NCBI GenBank assembly: GCA_017963105.1
Contig: JAGCTY010000111.1
Span: 4,943-68,942, forward strand
Origin: Lentisphaeria bacterium
GTDB taxonomy: Bacteria > Verrucomicrobiota > Lentisphaeria > Victivallales > UBA1829
Length of the DNA: 64,000 bases
Direction: 5' to 3'
Of the stretch, positions 1 through 10,000 are shown piece by piece; positions within the stretch are counted from its first letter, which is position 1; every line of letters starts with the position of its first letter. The position numbers and the translations under genes are program-made. Below the pieces are notes generated by a model that saw only the letters and a program-made list of their open reading frames with translations, had not been told where the DNA came from and ran no database searches.

Positions 1-1
1 C

Positions 2-1690
2 TCCGGCGGGATGGCGTACATCGCGAACGCCGCGTCCGGCGGCTTCTTCGAAATCCTGGACGGCGGGTCCGGCGTCTTCCTCACGCTCGCGGAGACCGGA
101 CGGCTCGCCGTCTCCTCCGGCGGCAGAGTCGAAAAGGTCAACCTGAACGGGACCGCGACGGTTTTCACGGGCGGCTCCGCCTCGGATATCACCGTTTCGG
201 ACGGCGGACGGCTCCTGGTTTCCGGCGGAAACGTACAGGACGTCAGCGTCCTCGCGGGCGGGAACGCCGTCCTGTCCGGCGGCGCCGCGACCGACGTCGA
301 GGTCATGTCCGACGGCTTCCTCACGGTTTCTTCCGGCGGCACAGTCTCCGGCATTGAGGTCAACGGCTGGACGACGGTCCTGTCCGGCGGTACGCTCGAT
401 CATGCCGAGGTTCAATCCGGCGGCTGGCTCGTCGTCTCGTCCGGCGGCAGGCTGACCGGGCAGATGACGTTCGCCGAAGGCGCGTCCGTAAACGTCTACG
501 GAAGCGCCGTCCTCGACTTCGATATTTCGTCGATCGCGCCCGGTTCGGACGCCTGCGTCAACGATCTTTCCCTCGTGCACGGTTCACCGGCCTGCACGCT
601 CACGGTCAATGGTTCGCAGGAGCACGGAAGCTACGCGCTCGCCGGCGGAGCCGCCGGGTTCAACCGGACGATTTCGGTCGTGGACGAACTCGGCGAGGCC
701 CTTGGCACGCTCACGGTCGAGGCTCCGCTCGTGATCGGGGATGCGCAGTACACGCTGACGCTGAGCGGAGACGATGTCCTGTCCGTCACGGTCGGTGCAA
801 TCCCGGAACCCGTCGTGGTCCCGCCGTTCCTGACCGGGTGTTTCGCGGGCGGCGCGCGGGCCATGCTGGCGAAACAGGCCGACGGCAAAGTCACGATTTA
901 TGCGGACGGCTCGGTCTGGGGCGACGGCCTCTCGCTCGAAAGCGGCTGGAATGTCCTCGCCGCGGGCGATTTCAACGCCGACGGTCATGACGATTTCCTC
1001 CGCATGAACGCGGAAGGCTACGTGGTCGGCGAAATGACGCAGACAGACGGCACATTCGTGCCGCAGGTCCTGAACAAAAAGGAAGCCGGATGGCGGATCC
1101 TCGGCACGGGCGACTTCAACGGGAACGGGGCCGGCGACGTGCTGGTCGCGAACCCCACGGGGGCGTCCGACACCGTCGGGCTGCTCGGCTATTGGGAAAG
1201 CGGCGTGACCTGGACGCTCATCAACGGATATTCGCCCGAATGGGAGATGGTCGCGACAGGCGACTTCAACGGCGACGGCAAGTGCGACATGCTGTGGCGC
1301 AACACATTCGTCGGCGCGGGCGACCTGACCTACAACGCCTATTGTACCTGGATCGTGGAAGACCCGGTCGACTGGCGCATGGTCAGCGTTGCGAACCCCG
1401 ACGAATGGAATTTCCTCTGCGCGGGCGATTTCGACGGCGACGGCGCGAACGACATCGCCATGATCAACGACGTCGGCGTCGTGGGCATCTGGGGCGTGAA
1501 CGACGGTTACCTCAGTTCCTGGTCCATCCTCAGCGACACATCCGAATGGACGCTCGCGGGCGTCGGCGATTTCGACGGCGACGGCACGGACGACATCGCC
1601 TGGTGCAGCAACTCCACGAATCTCGCCGGATACTGGCGGATCGAAGACAAGACGCTCGCATCCTGGCAGAATATCGCGATCCTGAGCTGA
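2..1690 (+). CDS. Repeat-rich beta-helix protein (SGG/AIDA-like repeats) with C-terminal FG-GAP/VCBS-type propeller; probably 5'-truncated by the window edge
   Basis: ORF 11..1690. In-frame codons 2..10 read SGG, so the repeat pattern continues upstream. The N-half has periodic SGG-x-A/V-x-D/T-x-x-V units; the C-half has repeated GDFNGDG/GDFDGDG motifs. The C-terminal ~280 aa are paralogous to 7080..10901. Confidence 0.7.
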   Translation, partial: SGGMAYIANAASGGFFEILDGGSGVFLTLAETGRLAVSSGGRVEKVNLNGTATVFTGGSASDITVSDGGRLLVSGGNVQDVSVLAGGNAVLSGGAATDVEVMSDGFLTVSSGGTVSGIEVNGWTTVLSGGTLDHAEVQSGGWLVVSSGGRLTGQMTFAEGASVNVYGSAVLDFDISSIAPGSDACVNDLSLVHGSPACTLTVNGSQEHGSYALAGGAAGFNRTISVVDELGEALGTLTVEAPLVIGDAQYTLTLSGDDVLSVTVGAIPEPVVVPPFLTGCFAGGARAMLAKQADGKVTIYADGSVWGDGLSLESGWNVLAAGDFNADGHDDFLRMNAEGYVVGEMTQTDGTFVPQVLNKKEAGWRILGTGDFNGNGAGDVLVANPTGASDTVGLLGYWESGVTWTLINGYSPEWEMVATGDFNGDGKCDMLWRNTFVGAGDLTYNAYCTWIVEDPVDWRMVSVANPDEWNFLCAGDFDGDGANDIAMINDVGVVGIWGVNDGYLSSWSILSDTSEWTLAGVGDFDGDGTDDIAWCSNSTNLAGYWRIEDKTLASWQNIAILS

Positions 1691-1767
1691 TTCTTCCGAA
1701 AGAAAGGCCGATTCGCCCCCTTCTCCGAATAACACACTGAGGGCTGACTGTGTCTCTCTGTTTTTGC

Positions 1768-3972
1768 TCAGTGGGGGTTGATCTGCTTGTAGTCGGCGGC
1801 GAACCGTTTGACCTCGTCCTGCGAGATCAGGCCGTCGGCGCAGAGGTCCTCCATGGACCGCTGGAGCGTGCACATGCCGTCCTTCAGACTGGTCTCGATC
1901 ACGGTCTGGAGCTGATGCGTCTTGCCCTCGCGGATGAGCGCCTGCACGGGCGGCGTGCCGATCATGATCTCAAACGCGGCGAGGCGGCTTGACCCGTCGA
2001 TGCTCTGGATGAGGCGCTGCGAGATCACGGCCAGCAGCGTGCTCGCGAGCTGAAGCCGGATCTGGTTCTGCTGGTACATCGGGAACGAGTCGACGATGCG
2101 GTCCACGGTCTGCGGGGCGCTGTTCGTGTGGATGGTGGCGAAGACGAGGTGCCCGGTTTCGGCGGCGGTGAGCGCGGCGGAGATGGTCTCGGTGTCGCGC
2201 ATTTCGCCGACCATGATGACGTCCGGGGCCTCGCGGAGGGCGTATTTGAGTGCGGCGGCGAAGCTGTGCGTATCGGCGTGGAGTTCGCGCTGCTCGATGA
2301 TCGAATTGATGTTGCGGTGCACGTACTCGATCGGGTCCTCGATCGTGATGATGTGGGCGTTGCGTGTCCGGTTGATGACGTCGAGGAGCGAGGCGAGCGT
2401 GGTGGACTTTCCGCTTCCGGTCGGGCCGGTCATGAGGATAAGCCCCTGGCGCTTCGAGCAGAGCCCGGAAACGACCTCGGGGAGGCCGAGCTGGGCGGGG
2501 GTCGGGATCTTCACGTTCACGACGCGGGCGACCATGCCGAGCGTGCCGCGCTGGAAGAAAGCGTTCACGCGGAAGCGGGAGTTCGGGATGTTCAGTTCCT
2601 TGCCGAAGTCGACGGACAGCGCGAAGTCGAGCTCGCGGTTTTCCTCCAGCTCGACGCGCTGCCGCTGGTTGATCACGCTGAAGAGCAGCCGCCGCACGTC
2701 GTCGTTGTCCAGCACCGGCATGTTGAGCTCGCGCAGTTCGCCGTTGATGCGGAGCGTGGGACGCACGCCCGTGGACAGGATGAGGTCGCTGGCCTTCACC
2801 TGGAGCGAGGCCAGGAAGAGGGTCCGCATGTCGACCACGGTGTCGTCGGTCGCGCCCTCGAGCTTCGAGCCGTAGTAGCTTCGGAACGCGTCGACGCCGC
2901 TCTCCATGCCGCGCACGAGCAGATCGAATTCGTCGCGGTTGTCCGCCGCGAGCCGGGCGTCGTCCAGCGTGATCTTCCCGGTCTGGTACAGACGGAAGAC
3001 GGATCGGTTGAACGGGATCATACCCTGTTCGATGTTGCTGCGGAGCGCATCGTCCAGCGATCTGTAGTCGCGCCCGGCGACGAGCTTGCGGACCAGCGCG
3101 GTGCCGAGCAGGATCTCGACCGCGGGGATCATGGAGCCGCCCCCCATGGACGGGATCAGCCGCTGCGATATGATGCCGTTCAGCGCCGCCCCGAGGTCGG
3201 TCGCGGTCTGCTCGCGCCCCTCCTCCGGGAACATGTTCACGATGCGTTCGACCGCCTGCACCGAGCCGGACGTATGGACCGTGCTGATGACGAGGTGTCC
3301 GGTGAGCGCGGCGTTGATGGCCGTGGCGATGGTCTCCGGGTCGCGCATTTCCCCGATCACGATCACGTCCGGGTTCTCGCGGAGGGCGCTGCGGAGCGCG
3401 GAGGAGAACCCGCCCTCGCGATGGGTGTCGATCTCCCGCTGGGAAACCACGGACATGCGGTCGGAGTAGACGAATTCGATCGGGTCTTCCAGCGTGAGGA
3501 TGTGCCTGGGCATCGTGCGGTTGATGTGGTTGATCATGGCGGCGAGCGTGGTGGACTTGCCGCAGCCGGTCGTGCCGGCCACCAGGACCAGTCCGCGCGG
3601 AGCCTCGGCGAGCGTGTCGAGCAGCGCGGGCAGGTTCAGGTCCGCCGTCATGATGTCATCGCCGTTCAGGATCGGGCGCACCGCCGCCGACGGACCGCAG
3701 ATGGCCCGGAAGAAGTTCACGCGGATACGGCTGCCGTCCGGAAGCCGCCACGAGGCGTCGACCGCCCCGGATTCCGCGTATGCCGCCTCGCCGCGTTCGT
3801 CGATGACCGTCCGCCGGAACGCATCCATGGACTCCGCGGAGACCGCACCGAACGTCCCGAGGGGGGCGACCACGCCCCTGATGCGCGCGTTCGGCTTTTT
3901 CCCGGCGGAAAGGAAGAGGTCGGAGACACGGGCTCCGGCGGCGAATTGCAGGATCGGCAGAATGGTATTCAT
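1768..3972 (-). CDS. Tandem-fused type IV pilus retraction ATPase: PilU-like N-half plus PilT-like C-half in one 734-aa polypeptide
   Basis: Start ATG at 3972 (MNTILPILQF) lies in frame inside track ORF 1768..4941. There are two complete PilT-type modules: Walker A GTTGCGKST (about 3551-3580) and GPTGSGKST (about 2401-2433); two Asp boxes (PDVIVIGEMRD, PDVIMVGEMRD); two His boxes (TGHLVISTVHT, TGHLVFATIHT). The PilT-type ALIREGK motif occurs only in the C-half. Confidence 0.8.
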   Translation of the reverse strand: MNTILPILQFAAGARVSDLFLSAGKKPNARIRGVVAPLGTFGAVSAESMDAFRRTVIDERGEAAYAESGAVDASWRLPDGSRIRVNFFRAICGPSAAVRPILNGDDIMTADLNLPALLDTLAEAPRGLVLVAGTTGCGKSTTLAAMINHINRTMPRHILTLEDPIEFVYSDRMSVVSQREIDTHREGGFSSALRSALRENPDVIVIGEMRDPETIATAINAALTGHLVISTVHTSGSVQAVERIVNMFPEEGREQTATDLGAALNGIISQRLIPSMGGGSMIPAVEILLGTALVRKLVAGRDYRSLDDALRSNIEQGMIPFNRSVFRLYQTGKITLDDARLAADNRDEFDLLVRGMESGVDAFRSYYGSKLEGATDDTVVDMRTLFLASLQVKASDLILSTGVRPTLRINGELRELNMPVLDNDDVRRLLFSVINQRQRVELEENRELDFALSVDFGKELNIPNSRFRVNAFFQRGTLGMVARVVNVKIPTPAQLGLPEVVSGLCSKRQGLILMTGPTGSGKSTTLASLLDVINRTRNAHIITIEDPIEYVHRNINSIIEQRELHADTHSFAAALKYALREAPDVIMVGEMRDTETISAALTAAETGHLVFATIHTNSAPQTVDRIVDSFPMYQQNQIRLQLASTLLAVISQRLIQSIDGSSRLAAFEIMIGTPPVQALIREGKTHQLQTVIETSLKDGMCTLQRSMEDLCADGLISQDEVKRFAADYKQINPH

Positions 3973-4127
3973 TATGAAATCTTTCGGTGCGTTCGGGGTG
4001 GTTGCTGTTTCAGCATTAAAATATCCGTAAAACCGCGATTTGTCAAGTCCTAAACGAAGAAAAGGCGCACGAAACGCGCCGGAGCCATAAAAAAAGGGGA
4101 AAAACGAGGAAAAATGGGAAATGCGCT

Positions 4128-4155
4128 TTGATGAATTCGAATCTTGTGCTATATT
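4128..4155 (+). promoter_or_regulatory. Putative sigma70-type promoter upstream of argH
   Basis: TTGATG (4128-4133), 16-nt spacer, TATATT (4150-4155) preceded by TGC. It lies about 45 nt upstream of the argH ATG. Confidence 0.35.
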
Positions 4156-4200
4156 CTTAGGAACAGTATTTTTCAATCCAAAGACATTTCGAGGTACAGC

Positions 4201-5580
4201 ATGGCTCTCTGGGGCGGCAGATTCGCCGAACAAACACAACGCAGCGTACAGGACTTCACGCAGTCCATTTCCTACGATAAACGCCTCTACAAACACGATA
4301 TCGCCGGCAGCATGGCCCACGCCGCCATGCTCGGCGCCGCCGGGATCATCCCGAAGGAATCCGCCGATGCCATCTGCCGCAAGCTCGCCGTCCTGAGACG
4401 CAGGATCGCCGAAGGCAAAATGGAGTTCAAGGTCGAGCTGGAAGACATCCACATGCACATCGAGACGGCGCTGACCGAGGCGCTCGGCCCCGAAGGCGCG
4501 CGCGTTCACACCGCCCGCAGCCGCAACGACCAGATCGCGCTCGACATCCGCCTGTATCTGCGCGACGAGATCGACGACCTGACGAAGGAAATCCGCGCGC
4601 TTCAGATCGCGCTGGTGAAGAAGGCCGACGAACACAAGCGCACCGTCATGCCCGGCTTCACGCACATGCAGCACGCCCAGCCCGTCCTGCTGGCTCACCA
4701 CCTGCTCGCCTACGTCGAAATGTTCGCCCGCGACGCCGCCCGCCTCGCCGACGCCCGCAAACGCATCAACGTGATGCCGCTCGGCTCCGGCGCAATCGCC
4801 GGGACCACGCTCCCCATCGACCGCGAGTTCGTCCGCAAACGCCTGAAATTCCCGAAGATGACACGGAACAGCATGGACGCCGTGGCCGACCGCGATTTCG
4901 CCTGCGAACTCCTCGCCGCCCTTTCCATTTTCGCGATGCACGTCTCGCGCCTCTCCGAGGACCTGATCCTCTGGATGTCGCAGGAATTTTCGTTCGTCAC
5001 GTTCGGCGACGCCTTCTGCACGGGATCCAGCCTGATGCCGCAGAAGAAGAATCCCGACATCGCCGAGCTATCCCGCGGCAAGACCGGCCGCATCTACGGC
5101 GACCTGACCGCGCTCCTCACCATCTGCAAGGGCCTCCCGCTGACCTACAACCGCGACCTGCAGGAGGACAAGGAGCCGCTTTTCGACGCCATCGACACCG
5201 TCCACGCCATCCTCAGCGTCTACCCCGCCATGATCGACTCGATGAAGGTCAACAAGGATGCGATGCTGAAAGCGGCGTCCGACCCCGGGCTCATGGCCAC
5301 CGACCTGGCCGAGGCGCTCGTCCGCAAGGGCGTGCCGTTCCGCTTCGCGCACCATAAGGTCGGCGCGCTAGTCAAGTTCGCCGCCGACCGCAACAAACTT
5401 CTGAACGAGCTCACGCTGAAGGAGATGAAGAGCGTCTTCCCTGAGGCCGACGCCTCCATGCTGAAACTCTTCTCCCCGACACATGCCGTCGAGGGGCGCG
5501 ACGTCTATGGCGCCACCGGCTTCAAGCAGGTCGCCTCGCAGGTCGCATTCTGGAAAAAGGAGCTTCGGATTCCGTCATGA
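4201..5580 (+). CDS. argH: Argininosuccinate lyase
   Basis: MALWGGRFAEQT... N-terminus and full-length lyase-1 family pattern (459 aa). ATG 4201 is preferred over the upstream track start at 4144. Confidence 0.95.
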   Translation: MALWGGRFAEQTQRSVQDFTQSISYDKRLYKHDIAGSMAHAAMLGAAGIIPKESADAICRKLAVLRRRIAEGKMEFKVELEDIHMHIETALTEALGPEGARVHTARSRNDQIALDIRLYLRDEIDDLTKEIRALQIALVKKADEHKRTVMPGFTHMQHAQPVLLAHHLLAYVEMFARDAARLADARKRINVMPLGSGAIAGTTLPIDREFVRKRLKFPKMTRNSMDAVADRDFACELLAALSIFAMHVSRLSEDLILWMSQEFSFVTFGDAFCTGSSLMPQKKNPDIAELSRGKTGRIYGDLTALLTICKGLPLTYNRDLQEDKEPLFDAIDTVHAILSVYPAMIDSMKVNKDAMLKAASDPGLMATDLAEALVRKGVPFRFAHHKVGALVKFAADRNKLLNELTLKEMKSVFPEADASMLKLFSPTHAVEGRDVYGATGFKQVASQVAFWKKELRIPS

Positions 5581-6263
5581 CGCGTTTTTCCCGGATCCTT
5601 CTCTTCGGCCTGGCCGGATTATTCCTCTGCCTCCGCGGCGTTCCGCCCGCGGCGGCGCAGGACATTTTCCGCCGTCCCGCCATGGAGGCGTTCGTCGACA
5701 AGGACACCCTGCTGGTCTTCCCCGCCCAGGTCGACACCTTCCAGAAAGTGCGCGTCCGCAAGAACGAGAATCCGGTATTCGGCACGGTGGTCCGCTACGA
5801 AAACGAATCGGGCGCCTGCGCCGACGTCTACATCTACTCGCTGGACACCGGCGCGAAACCGGTCCGCCGCGACGCCTTCGACAAGCACTGCCGGGAGACC
5901 GACCAGGGAATCCTGGACCTCCCCGCCCAGAACCCGAAAATCACGGTCGAGCACCTCGACGCCCCCGAACGGAAGGCGCCAGCCGACGGATTCGAGGCAC
6001 ACTACCGGATCCGGAACGGCTCCACGCCGATGGACTCCGTGCTGTACCTCGCGCTCTACAAGGGCAAGCTCGTCAAGGTCCGCATTTCCTATTCCCCGGA
6101 AGACAAGGACGAGCCTGTACACGCCGGGCTTTTCATTGACTTCGTGGCCGCCCTGCTGAACGGAGAAACCGCCCCGGCGCGGAAACCGGAAGCAGCCCCG
6201 CAGCCGCGGACGACGCCGGAAGCAGCGGATGCCGAAACGCCGGAAACCGAAACGAAGTCCTGA
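5577..6263 (+). CDS. Hypothetical secreted protein
   Basis: N-terminal signal-peptide-like MTRFSRILLFGLAGLFLCLRGVPPAAAQ. ATGA start/stop overlap with argH. Pro/Glu/Thr-rich tail. No family recognised. Confidence 0.6.
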   Translation: MTRFSRILLFGLAGLFLCLRGVPPAAAQDIFRRPAMEAFVDKDTLLVFPAQVDTFQKVRVRKNENPVFGTVVRYENESGACADVYIYSLDTGAKPVRRDAFDKHCRETDQGILDLPAQNPKITVEHLDAPERKAPADGFEAHYRIRNGSTPMDSVLYLALYKGKLVKVRISYSPEDKDEPVHAGLFIDFVAALLNGETAPARKPEAAPQPRTTPEAADAETPETETKS

Positions 6264-6343
6264 TTTTCCGAATGAAAGAGTGTACCCCGGTTTGAGCAGG
6301 AAGCCCGAACCGGGAATTGTCCTGATCCGAGGAGCCTGGTTTT

Positions 6344-6763
6344 ATGCCCGCATTCAATCCCTTTGCCATTCCCGAAGATGAGTTCGAGGAAGAGTATGTC
6401 CGCCCCTCGAGCGGACCGGGCGGCCAGCATCAGAACAAGACCGAAAACGGCGTTCGGCTGCAGTGGAACGTCGCAGCGACCGCCCTCCTGACCGATGCCC
6501 AGAAGGAACGGCTCCGCGTCCTCGCCGCGCCGTACATGCAGGGCGACCTCCTCGTCGTCATGGAGCGCACCAGCCGGAGTCTCGCCCGAAACCGCGAACG
6601 CGCCCGCGAACGCATCCGCGAGCTCGCACTGGCCGCATTGCCGACGCCCCGCAAGCGCCGTCCCACGAAGCCAACCAAAGCTTCGAAGGAGCGCCGTCTG
6701 AAGGATAAAGCCGCACGCGGCCGCATCAAGGCGCTCCGTTCGAACCGCGATCCCGATCTCTGA
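6344..6763 (+). CDS. arfB: Alternative ribosome-rescue factor ArfB (peptidyl-tRNA hydrolase, GGQ protein)
   Basis: GPGGQHQNKT GGQ motif and a basic tail KRRPTKPTKASKERRL, closely resembling E. coli YaeJ/ArfB; 139 aa. Confidence 0.9.
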   Translation: MPAFNPFAIPEDEFEEEYVRPSSGPGGQHQNKTENGVRLQWNVAATALLTDAQKERLRVLAAPYMQGDLLVVMERTSRSLARNRERARERIRELALAALPTPRKRRPTKPTKASKERRLKDKAARGRIKALRSNRDPDL

Positions 6764-6780
6764 GGAGGGCAAGCCCTCCA

Positions 6781-6926
6781 CTGCGGCAGTGCGCTCAGCT
6801 TCGCTTGCGCACACAGCAAGCTGTGCTGCGGCAGTGCGCTCAGCTTCGCTTGCGCACACAGCAAGCTGTGCTGCGGCAGTGCGCTCAGCTTCGCTTGCGC
6901 ACACAGCAAGCTGTGCTGCGGCAGTG
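6781..6926. repeat. Intergenic tandem repeat, 45-bp unit x 3.2 (REP-like, hairpin-forming)
   Basis: Unit ctgcggcagtgcgctcagcttcgcttgcgcacacagcaagctgtg is repeated head-to-tail without spacers. Each unit contains gtgcgc-N12-gcgcac. Confidence 0.9.
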
Positions 6927-7079
6927 TCCGGAAAGGTCCGGGGACCGCGAGGTGCGAACAGCTGAGTGTTTCCTTGTGCAAAACGATGATACGTCCTGTT
7001 AAAAGAACAGCCCCCGCGATCTTTTACAATCACGGAGGCCATCGTGCGCGAGCGGAGCCGCGCACTATATCAGCACTGT

Positions 7080-10000
7080 TTACAGTGAGGCGATGTTCGC
7101 CCAGGTGGTGAGTTCCTTGTTGTTGATCTGCCAGTAGCCGGTGAGGCCGGTGTCGGTATTGCTCCAGGCGATGTCGTCCGTGCCGTCGGCGTTGAAATCC
7201 GCCACGCCCGCGAGCGTCCACTCGCTGGTGACGGCGCTGAGGATCGACCACGAGCTCAAATAGCCGTCCGTGACGCCCCATATCCCGACCACGCCGACAT
7301 TGTTGATCATCGCGATGTCGTGCGAGCCGTTGCCATCGAAGTCGCCCGAGCACAGGAAATTCCATTCATCGGGATTCGCCACGCTGACCATGCGCCAGTC
7401 GACCGGGTCTTCCACGATCCAAGTACAATAGGCGTTGTAGGTCAGGCCGCCTTCGCCGACAAACTGGTTTTTCCAGAGCATATCGCACTTGCCGTCGCCG
7501 TTGAAGTCGCCGGTCGAAACCATGGTCCACTCGGGCGAATATCCATTGATGAGCGTCCATTCGGTGCCGCCCTTCCAGTAGCCGAGCAACCCGACCGTAT
7601 CGGATGCGGCAGTCGGATTCGCGATCAGCACGTCGTCCGGGCCGACGCCGTCGAAATTGCCGGTGCCGAGGATGTCCCAGCCGGCGTTCTTCAGGTTCAG
7701 GACCTGCGGCGTGAACGTGCCGTTTCCGTTCGACATCTCCCCGACCACATAGCCTTCCGTGTTCACGCGCAGGAAGTCGTCGAGGTTGTCGCCGTTGAAA
7801 TCGCCCGTGCCGACGACGCTCCAGCCTGTATCGAGCGTGACGCCGAGGCCCCACGCCTCGCCGTTCTGGTAGATCGTGACCGTGCTGCCGGACTGCACCG
7901 CGAGCGTGTCGAAGAGGTCGCCGTTGAAATCGCCAGCGAAGAACGACTTGTCCCCGGGCGTGGGCGGCGGCGTGGGCGGCGGCGTGCCTCCCGAGACCGT
8001 GACGGTAAGATGGTGGTCGTTGCTCAGGTTCAGCGTGTAGGTCACGCCGCCGATCTCCGCGGTCTGGCCGACCGTGAGCGTGCCGAGCGTGGCGCCGGAG
8101 GCGCTCTTCACCGTGAGCGGGTTTTCGGCGGTGATGACCTGCGTGTCGAACCCGTAGGCGTATTCCATGAGGTTGTACGTGCCGTTCGCCTGGCTGCCGT
8201 CGACCGTGAGTGTGCAATTGAAATCCTCATTCGGATCGAAGTTCGCGTCGTCATCCATCAGGTATTCGCCGCCCGGGGCGGCGTTCGAGATGTCGAGGTC
8301 GAGCGTGCCGCCGTACATTCTGAAAACCGTATAGATATCGTGCAGGACGCCCGTGACGACGCCGCCCGTGCTGACCGTAAGCGCCCTCAGATAGCCGCCG
8401 GATTCCACTTTCACGATGCCGCCCGAGCTGACGATGCACCCTCCGCTTCCGCCGGATTGCACGACCATAACGCCGCCGTCCAGCAGGGACGCCCCCGCGG
8501 ACTCCACGCCGTCCTTCACCGTGACGTCGCCTGAGGTGATAAAGGCGGATCCGAGATTGCCGTCGCTTTCGACGATGATATGGCCGCCGTCGGAGACAAA
8601 CACGCCGCCACAGTGGCCGCCGCCGCTCACGATGACCGTGCCGCCGTTCTTCACGATGGTGTTGCTGGAGACAAGTTTTCCGCCGGATGTCCGGTACGCC
8701 CAGCCGTCGCTTTCGATCACGTACACGCCGCCGTCCACGATCACGCCGGCAGCCATGACGTCGTCGTAGATCGTCGCCGTGCCGCCGGAAGAAATGGTCG
8801 CACCCCTCAGATCGCCTTTGGAGTGTACGTTGAACTCGCCGCCGTCATAGACCGTGGTGTTGCTCGCGGTGCCTTTGGAAAAGACGTTGAGGATGCCGCC
8901 GGCGGAGACCTTCACGTCGATCGCGGACATGCCGCTGGTGATGTCCCTCCGTTCGTCGATCAGGGTGATGCCGGAGACGATCGGATCCGGGATCGCGCCG
9001 CCGGTCACAGTGACCACGAGGTCGCCGTCGTCCAGCTTCAGGTCGCACGTGATGTTGCCGACGTCCGTGGGGCCGCCGTTGACCGTGAGCGTGCCGAGTT
9101 CGTTGTTGCCGAACTTCACCGTGACGGTCGTATTGAAGCCAATCGCATTCGCGATGAGTTTGTATGTGCCGTTCAGCTGCTTGTTGGCGACCGTGAGCGT
9201 GCAGGAATACGTGTCGGTCTTGAACTGGGAGTACGCCCCGCCTTCGACGAGGAAGCCGTCATTCTCGGAAGACTTCGCGATATTGAGGTCGAGCGTGCCG
9301 CCGGAGAACGTAAGGTCGATGACGTTCGGATCATGCAGGACACCCGTGAGGACCGCGCCGGAGCTCACGCAGACATCCTCGACGAACGAGCCGCCGCCTG
9401 ACACGTCCAGGATGCTGCCGGAATTCAGGAACACGCCGTCGAGGCACCCGCCAGCGTAAACCGTGACTTTCGCTGCCGAGACGCCGGCGGACGCGAGTAT
9501 GCCGCCGTTTCCGACCGTGACAACAGCGCTTTCCTTGATGATCGCACCATCGACTATGCCCTCGGTCCTGACGATGAGCCTGCCGCGGCTCATCACGGTA
9601 AGCTCGAAGCCCTGGCCCATCACGCCGCCTTCTATGACCTGGAGTTCGCCGCCGTTGACGACAAACTCCTGATAGCCGACATTGCCGCTGACGATGGCGG
9701 TGCCGCCGGAATACACGGTCGTATTGTTCAGGGTCCCTCTTCCGGCATGAAGCAATCCGCCGTCATTGACCAGTGTGCCGTTCGCCGTTCCGTCGGACTT
9801 GATCCACATGATGCCGCCGTTGACCCGGGTATCCTGCGCCGTACCGCCGGCGCTGACGCAAAGGCTGCCGCCGGAACTGACCGTGGCGCCGTTTGCCACA
9901 CCGCTTTCGAAGACAGTCAGGTTTCCATCGGAGTTGACAATGACCCCCTTCGCAGTGCCGTTCCAAGCGATGGTCATGGTTCCGGCGTTGAGCGTGGCGA

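Noticed and set aside
11-13. ATG at 11 as the true start of the first gene
   Set aside because: The three in-frame codons before it read SGG, continuing the repeat pattern. The gene most likely begins upstream of the window, which cannot be proven from here.
584-4053. ORFs 584..1873(-), 1090..1740(+), 2096..2875(+) and 2128..4053(+)
   Set aside because: They overlap well-supported genes on the other strand or frame and have low-complexity Arg/Gly-rich translations.
3973-4941. 323-aa N-terminal extension of the PilT-like ORF
   Set aside because: It overlaps argH antisense and has no recognisable sequence. The PilT N-terminus MNTILP... starts at 3972.
6781-6926. Possible CRISPR arrays at 6781-6926 and 30473-30632
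   Set aside because: The units are contiguous with no unique spacers, there are only about 3-4 copies, and there are no cas genes.
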